From: Octopus vulgaris
Taxonomy: Eukaryota
Length of the DNA stretch: 64,000 nt
Assembly (NCBI GenBank): GCA_951406725.2
Contig: OX597819.1
Coordinates: forward strand, 53,258,001 to 53,322,000
Reading direction: 5' to 3'
A program made the position numbers and the translations under genes. The number at the start of each line of letters is the position of its first letter. The stretch's first letter is position 1. Shown here piece after piece: positions 55,713 through 64,000 of this stretch. The notes under the pieces were generated by a model, which saw only the letters and a list, made by a program, of their open reading frames with translations, searched no databases and was not told where the DNA came from.

Positions 55713-56561
55713 CTGCAGAAGGGAAAACAACTGGAAGAACAACAAGAAAGCTGACAGATATGAAAATGGATGAGGGGTTGGGGGGTGGTATCTGAGTAAA
55801 TGGTGAAAACGGGGGAAGATTGAGAGAAAGGAATGCCAAAATATATTAGAAGTTGCCTAACTTCATAACATATTCTTAAAAAAAAAAGGGGGGTAAGTAG
55901 ACCATGAAACTCAGAAGTATACATAAATGCCTATGGGTGAGGAAGTTCCCACAGTAAAGATGAGAGGTTTCATATTATTATCATCATCATCATCATCATT
56001 ATTAGCAGTGCAGCTGCCACTACCATCATCATTTTGTTGCCCACTTTTAAATGTTTGCATGTGCAAGTTGGAATTTGTTGAGGTAGACTTTCAATGGCTG
56101 CATGCCCTTTCTGTTGCTAACCATCACCTGGTTATACTCCCCCATCATACCCAAGGCCAGACATGTTTTGACAGAAGCTGTAAATGAAGGACACTATTTA
56201 CTATGACAGTGATTATCACGTGATGCCAAGACAAGGAAATGTGTACACACACACACACATGTGTGTGTGTATGTATATGTATATATATATATATATATAT
56301 ATAATTAATGTAACAGGCATAACTGAAATAACCAAAGACATTCAAAATATCCATTATCCAACATGAATACATTACATATTTACAGCTTTATATCATTATA
56401 TACACTACACAACAACAATGAAACATTTCAATGGTATTTGCTCAGCTGAAAATAAAATGAAGAGAAAATTAAAGCTCCTTTCATTTGTAGCATTGCTTTT
56501 GATTTTTATTGTTTTTTTTTAATGGGAGGCTTTGTTCATGAGGGGATGACACGAGATTCAC

Positions 56562-56583
56562 CTAAGCGTAAACCCTTCAAATT
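56562..56583 (-). other. Candidate 22-nt micro-exon or last exon (xFEGFTLR*)
   Basis: gattttaatgttag|aatttgaagggtttacgcttag|gtgaat; ATTAAA and AATAAA ~40-55 nt downstream. Confidence 0.2.
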
Positions 56584-56609
56584 CTAACATTAAAATCCTA
56601 AGTGAATTT

Positions 56610-56669
<60 letters not shown>

Positions 56670-56682
56670 TATAAATACATAA

Positions 56683-56726
<44 letters not shown>

Positions 56727-58175
56727 CACAACCATAAAAAAAAATGATTAAGTTAGATTAACCCTTTTAAAAATTTTACATATTATAAATTGCATAAGTT
56801 TTATTTTGTCAATGCAACTGTGTTCAGAAAAATGTGAAGAAAAGCAGAACAGAAGAGTGATATTAATGGAATAACAAACAATGTTCTGAGGTGTTTAAAA
56901 GGAATTTTCAATGGAAACCAATGCTGGTTTCTTTCTTCTTTTTTATCCTTTTTACCTTCATTTTTACTTCTTTTTCATGTACCTTTTAACCCTAATTAAA
57001 ATATGCTTTCATTTAGTGTTCACAATTATTTAAATTTAAATTCAGAAAGATTTCATACACGAAATCTGTGTTCTATTAACTAAAGGCTAGTCGATATAAA
57101 GCATCGGCTTTCAAATATATTGCAGTTTTTTTTTTCTAATTCTCATTGCTTTTAGTCTTTGTTGATAGCATAGGAATAAAACAGTTTTTAAAGTAAGTAA
57201 ATTTGTACAATTATTCATAGGTTTTGGGGAAACTTCAAAGAATCAGTAAGTAAATATAATGGTCTTTAAATATAATGATATTTTCAATATTGTGCATCTT
57301 TTATGATTAAAATGTACACCCCAACCCCTCCTTACCAGATTTTTTTTTTTTTTTTTTTTGTTTTGGCATTCTGAATTTCACTATATTTTATATAAGTTGC
57401 TTTACTTTTTTTTTTTTTTTTTTTTTTTGTTATTTATTGCACTTCAAAAATTTGCATTTGCTTACATCGAAACCATAGCTAAATGAATTGCTTTATCACT
57501 GCTTTCCAAACGAAAATTAAGCACAAAACACATCAATGATGCTAAATCCCATTTTAAATTTGTAAATAGTTATATTTTTACTTTTATTTATTTAATTATT
57601 TATTTTGCTCTTGTCAAAAACTCGTGTTTGTGAGATGCAATACCTGGGAATACATGAAGCTGCAGAAATCATCACTCTGAGTACAGATTGTGCTACAAGC
57701 ATAAGGCTAGGGGTTATGATTCTCCTAACCTTAACCACCAAAGCTAGTCCAAATATGCTGCTGTTATTTCATATTTCAGTGCTTAGCAGTAAGAACTCAA
57801 TACAAGAGCCATTCTAACTATATTCAAGTATTCAAAATTGCTAAAATGTTGTTATATATTCTAATATAGAAAAATGGTTGTAAACCAGTGATAGTTATAC
57901 TTTCAGATGGGTGCACACACACTCACACACACAGCAAATGGCTTCTGCCATAGGATTCAGCTGACCAAATCTTGTGAGTGAGATTTCATAGTGTTTACAT
58001 GTGCATATACACATGCATGTAATGGTCCTTCTTATGTTGCATATTCTATATTGATAGGACAAAGAAACTTAGGACAATCTCTCATTACCACTACACACTG
58101 AGAGAAAGAGAGAGAGACAGGCAAACAGACAGAGACAGACAGACAGACAGGCAGAGGCAGGCAGGCATGCATACA

Positions 58176-58213
<38 letters not shown>

Positions 58214-59021
58214 AGCTCTTAAAAGTGTGGCTGAAGTCAATCCACTCTGAAATAATTGTAGATTACAAAAGCTGAAGAATTTTAGACACATACAGAAAGT
58301 CATGACATGCAAAATTTCTATTTGGCACCAGATGTCTTCCATAGCACAGGAATTGCTCCATGGCACCATTCGAATCACCAGACATCAAAGCCTTAAGGAA
58401 AGGCCAGTCAGCAATAGTGCAGTGCCAAATAAAAACATTTCAACCAGCTCCCACACCTGTAGAACCAATTGTCACAGTGGAATTCAACAAAATATCTGCT
58501 GCCCATCACTTTAACCAGCCATCAATTCTCACTAAAACAGTACTACTATCAGAATTTGGAATAACACAAAGTCTCTTGCACTGGACAATATTCCAGCAGA
58601 GATCCTGGAAAAGGGTGGTTACCCCTGCCAAGAATGCTCCATTGCTACTTTACAGAGATATGAAACAGAGCCTCAAAACTGGAAAATGCTTAACATCATT
58701 ACCATCTAAAACAACTCAGAATGTAAAGCATTTTGTCTGGCACTGTACTGATTTTACCATCCACTGCCTTTAACCTTATATGTAATATAAACTGCACAAG
58801 ATTGGTTTGCAAATTGCTGACTGAAGACACTGTCTTTTCAGCTGTCTGGACAAAAGCAATACCAAGAAAGCTGTCATTTGCTTCACATATATCATTTAAT
58901 AACTCTTAACTCCATGAAATGGGCATATACAATTGGAAGGTTACTGTCCTTAATGGTGACTTTTGAAGAGACATTTTATGAAAGTCTGATACTCTATGAA
59001 GATGTGGTTCTAATATTAGAG

Positions 59022-59068
<47 letters not shown>

Positions 59069-62000
59069 CAGGCAAAAGACTAACAATTACACATGGGAGA
59101 GAGTAAGTCAATTGTAACAACACCAGTACTTTATTTTACTGGAACCAAAAAGATGAAAGACATAGTGACCTTGGTGGAATTTGAACTCACATCATAATGA
59201 TATTTTTGTCTGAGATGCTAACGATTCTGCCAGCTCACTGCAAGCACTCAAAACCAAACCTCTCAACCTACTGTTTCAGTTTCATTTTGATAGACTCTCA
59301 GATGTCTCCTGGTTAAATCAAACTGAAATGTTTGCAGGACAAGGTGCACATGTGCATGAAAGCACATACATCTCATAGAAATATAACACCACTTGATGCC
59401 ACATGTGTATCTGCAATGTTGACCCGAATGCATGTCAGCTGTAAGTTTGATACCACATCTCTAGCACCCTTATAAATCACTATTTTCCATGCTCCACTAC
59501 ATTTTTTTTTCTTCCATTTTTCAATAATTTGTTGCTTGTGAGACTTGAATGTATATAGTATCAGGCATTCTTACACAGACAGACACACACACAATGTATG
59601 TATGCATGTGACAACATGGACATAGTTTCTACAGCTGAAACCATATTTGTGTGCTCATAGTCAAAGCACCAGGCACATTATTCTGCTTGGCCCAGAAATT
59701 ATCCACTTATAATGACACTTGCTGTATAATATATACCAATATCCAAATTTGCTCATTCTAGCAAAGTAAAAAAATGAATACAATAATAAAAAGAAAAACA
59801 CAGACACTCTTCACCACTATCTCCAAGCTTAGACACACAGGCACATACATGTGCACACTCACACAACAAAGCAAGATTACAGAGTTGAACAAAAAAGCAG
59901 TTTATAACTAAAACTGTAGGAAAATATAAAGAGAGAGAGAGAGAGAGAGGGATAATAAGAGAGAAAAGAAAAAGAAAAGATAAATTGCTTTACATGGAAA
60001 CAAATCTAAAAGATACCATCAGCATTTAATATAATTACCACTAAGGAATACACTCAAATCTCCCCAGAGGAATTTTATCCCCATCACAATGTTCTTCAGC
60101 TCTCATTAACGTATTTATTAAGCACATCAAATTCAATAAAAAAGAAAGGAAAAAAATCTCCTGATATCACTAAATGGATATTAACATCACTGATGGATGA
60201 AATAAAATTAGGCTTTCCGTTCATGAACACACATGCAATAAAAACAGCAAACTGCAGATTTGGTCAGTAGCCGTTAATAAACTGTAAATACCCAGATGTT
60301 TGTTAATGATTATTCAAGCCAACAAACTGACAAAAATCTTAGATTCAACAAGCAGTTTTCTAACAGGAGGTCAAGGAGGATTTTCTTCTAAAGTTGGAGG
60401 GGGGGGAATGTCTTTATAGAAATCTAAAGCTTTGAATTTATGGTAAAAAGCAAACAGTGGCAAAAAACTACTACTGTTACATTTACTACAACTACTACTA
60501 TTACTACTTCAAATGACAAACTGCAATACACTTCTACAAAACAGAGGAAGCACTGTAAACCAGTATTTATACATAGATGTTAAGAAGTTCTTTGGAAATA
60601 ACATCTAATGATGGGGAATCACTATTCTAAACAATTTAAATGTTGAACACAGAGAAAAAGATCGGGTTTAAAAATAGCAATCAGTGACAAGTGATATAAA
60701 TAAAGAGTGGAATATCTAAAGGAGAAGAGTCAGGACTACAAAGGAACACAACAATAACAGAATGAGAGTGAAACCCAAACAAACAAGTAATTCAAAGAGT
60801 GGAATAAATTTAATGCCATGAGGAAGAAGAAAAGATTAACATTTTGGCAAGGACCATTCACAGAAGAGAAAAAAGGTCAACTGGTGTTGAAGGATAAATA
60901 AGGATTAGAGAGAGGTGGGTGTAGACATAAGAGTTAACAAGTGCTTGTCAAGGTGGGGAGAGGTCAGAGTAAGGAGAAAATAAAAGGAACATCAACAGAG
61001 CTGAAAAACAGTGAAGCTGGGAGGACACAAGCAAATGCTGTCCAGGCCCATAAATAAAAGCACAAACACAGATGGGGGAGGGGGGTAGTTCATTCAACTG
61101 ACTGCAGAACTTGCCAATCAGTCCTATCATAACTGAACAGCAAATACCTAAAAATGGACTCATTTATTCAAATGCAATAGAAAAGCTCTCAGAGGGAAAT
61201 GTAAAAGGCAATTCAACTGAATATTATTGTCAAGAAATATTAAGACAGGAAGCATATCCTTAACAATCATAGCAGATGATGAATTTCCTTGAACAGAAAT
61301 GAGAAATTATCTCAATACAAAGGTCTATAAACAGAAATAAACAATGTGGTTATCTCAAAAAATAGAAACAATCCCTTTAATATTAGGTACCTTGGGAATG
61401 ATTTTTAAAAATATGCAAATGAATGCATTTCTCAGGAAGGGCATCCAGTAACATAAACTGTGCCAAAACAGACATTGGAGCAAGACAATCCTCTGATCTA
61501 TAAGATTCTGTTACACTGCCCAACTCATGCCAACATGGAATAGGGACACTAAATGATGACGATGCAATTAAATATATAACTAAAACACCAGGACTGATAG
61601 GTTTATATAACACTTTGAAAACATTACTACGAGGCACTGCAGCCCACATTACATGGTGGAATACTTTTAATAATACAGAAAACACAAAAAACAAATTAAA
61701 ACACATCAATATATCCAAGGTATACAGAGTTATGCTCAGCTGTGCAATGAAAACATACAATAATATCAAGTGGAAAATAACAATAAAAGTAGAAGTTTAT
61801 CCATTATTATTATTATTATTATTATTATTTTCATCATCATCATTATTATTATTATCATCACATTTACACCTCAGAAATTGTAAAGAACAATGGATTTATT
61901 AGACTTCATTAGTGATAGTGGGCAAATGTATGAGTGTCAACTTGAATTATGTAAATTTCTGGCAGGATAATTAATTCAAGAGTAAAAAATAATGAGAAAC

Positions 62001-63014
62001 CACAACGACAACAATAGCCTGGTATCTTAGGATTTTGGCATTGGAAAAATATAAAATTATTTGCAAGTATTGTAATGAAACAATATCAAAATTATAAGTG
62101 TCAATAATTATGCTGCCATTCATACAAGATTTTACCACATAGTCAAAGATATATGAACACACTCTTAAACTCTTCAAGTGTCAAAAATCAATTTGAGAAA
62201 AGGAAAACAAAAAATGCAAATAAATAATTACATTACATATATAGACATTTTTTTAAATGTTAACATCTTGTTAAAATTCTGTATTTTAATCAGCCAAAGC
62301 AAAATAATTCAAATAATTCAGAAAAGAAGGTGGTAATGGTGGTGGAGAAACAAATGAAGAGCAAAAGAGAAATAAATGAAGAGAGAGACTCATGGGAAAA
62401 TAAGCACTTCGTTTGAAAGCAAAGAATAATATTAATTGAAAAGCTGTAGGAATATAGAAAATGTAACTTTTCTTCATAATGAGCAAAAATTTGCAGTAAA
62501 ATATTAATACATAAAACTGAATATCATAAAGATTTCTATAGTTGTTTTACTGAAGTGCTTCAATAATGGAATTAAATCCCTTAAACTTGGCTCTTTGAAA
62601 AGACATTTAGCCATCTAAACAATATAAGAAGTTGCAATTATAGCAGAACATAGAACTTATTACAATAATACCAAAAAGAAACAAAAAGAATGACAAGAGG
62701 GGACAGGATGAGTGAGCTAGGAGTGCCTGAGTAGAAGTGATATGGCTGTAGCCAGCTCTGAAGAATAGATGGCACTGTACAAGCAACAGAAAAGACAGAG
62801 GGAGGAGAAAAGTATATTTGTGGTTTAGAGGTTGGAATGTGATAGCAAGCAAATTTATGTCAATCAGTTGCTGAGAGACAGATGTCTGCATCTACCCCAG
62901 ATGTGAGTATGAGTACAAGTACTCTAGAGTAGGTTTTGCTTGAGGTTTGTAAAGAGTTTATATGGTCAGTTGCTGAGGGTCAACTCTGCTGATACCATCT
63001 GCCCAATACTGCCC

Positions 63015-63340
63015 TAGGTTCTGAGTTCAAATTCCACTGAAATAAAGGTTGACTGCCTTTCATCCTTTCATGGTCAATAAAATAAGTACCAGATGAGGAC
63101 TGTAGTCAATGCAATTGATTATCCCACCTCCACCAACCCACTAAAAATTATTGGCTTCATAGCAAAATTTTAAACTATTATTGCTTCTATCATTGGTAAA
63201 ATGCTCGTAATGCTACAAATTTATGTATGGCAAGTGAGGTGACTTGACTCAACTACAGTAAATCATTGACACTATTTCACCATCTCCAGAATGAATGAAA
63301 GTAGAAATATCCATGACAGAATTTGAACTCAGAACATAGT
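63015..63340. mobile_element. Two decayed SINE family B fragments in opposite orientation (63015-63180 +, 63230-63340 -)
   Basis: gttctgagttcaaattcc...gcctttcatcctttc and its reverse gacagaatttgaactcagaac. Confidence 0.7.
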
Positions 63341-64000
63341 AGGGAGAAATTGAATACTACTAGACAACTTTAAATACATCAGTATATCCAATAAGAACTG
63401 AGTGCAGAGAAATATATTTAAATATTTTAGATATCAGTAGTTTTGTTGTGGAATGAAGCTCAGAGCCTGCAGCTTCAGATCTCAGCAGCGCAGCATGGGT
63501 GTTTAAACGTAATGCAGTATTTTGCATTTGTCTTTCAGCCTTCATAAAAATCCATTCAATTCCAATCACAGTGATACAGATAAAGAACAGCTCTTAACCA
63601 TTTAGAAAAATACTTCAGAGCTCACACAAAGGTGAGTTAATTTGAATATTTTGTGATAGTTTAATAACTGTTTAATAAATACACTAAATGCAGCATGCAA
63701 AAACATACAGTTTTGCTGTTGGTGAAACTTGGGCAATATACCCCAAGTTCTCAGTAACAATATACAAATCATAAGGCAGTATCAGTGTATTAGTAACCTG
63801 TTTATCAGTATTTTACTTTGTCCTATTTCAAGATACACTGTATAAATGTACAGCAGTGTTTTCCAATCAAAGTACCTCTCTACAAGAGATTGCCAGAGGT
63901 TCTGCCAGAAATAGTGAGCTAATTATAGGAAAATGCATTTTTGAGCAATTTTTGCATTTAATGCTATATCTGAAATTTTATAATGCATAGCATATTCACT

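Noticed and set aside
56562-56583. EFEGFT as an AGC-kinase hydrophobic motif; likewise FVLSVR (SH2-like) at ~30375-30392 and GHVEIIK (ankyrin-like) at 50160-50180
   Set aside because: These 6-7-residue matches point to mutually incompatible families and lack supporting domain exons, so they cannot name the gene.
58360-58773. 137-aa + strand ORF
   Set aside because: No recognisable motif or splice context, and its end runs into a SINE family B fragment.

Overview
AT-rich eukaryotic genomic DNA, dense in microsatellites and interspersed repeats. The repeat complement (tRNA-headed SINEs, RTE-type LINE 3' ends with (GAT)n tails, TTAA-flanked MITEs, long TA/CA/GA tracts) resembles a coleoid cephalopod, most likely Octopus; this is an inference from repeat recognition. 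No ORF in the supplied track is a credible host gene: most are microsatellite or SINE translations, and the only recognisable protein sequence is the C-terminal end of an RTE LINE ORF. The purine/A excess on + and many strong 3' splice-site-like tracts on - suggest the window lies inside a long minus-strand gene, but I found no anchor exon that identifies it. The most notable signals are (1) a type I hammerhead ribozyme motif with intact core on - at 23310-23370, (2) a ~380-bp fold-back element with a degenerate hammerhead at its apex (26736-27116), and (3) a dispersed set of tiny AG...GT-bounded minus-strand segments that could be micro-exons or alternative last exons. There are also several fold-back and inverted-repeat dsRNA sources, nested insertions with target-site duplications, and a 540-bp tandem duplication. 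All analysis was by eye; repeat boundaries are approximate.
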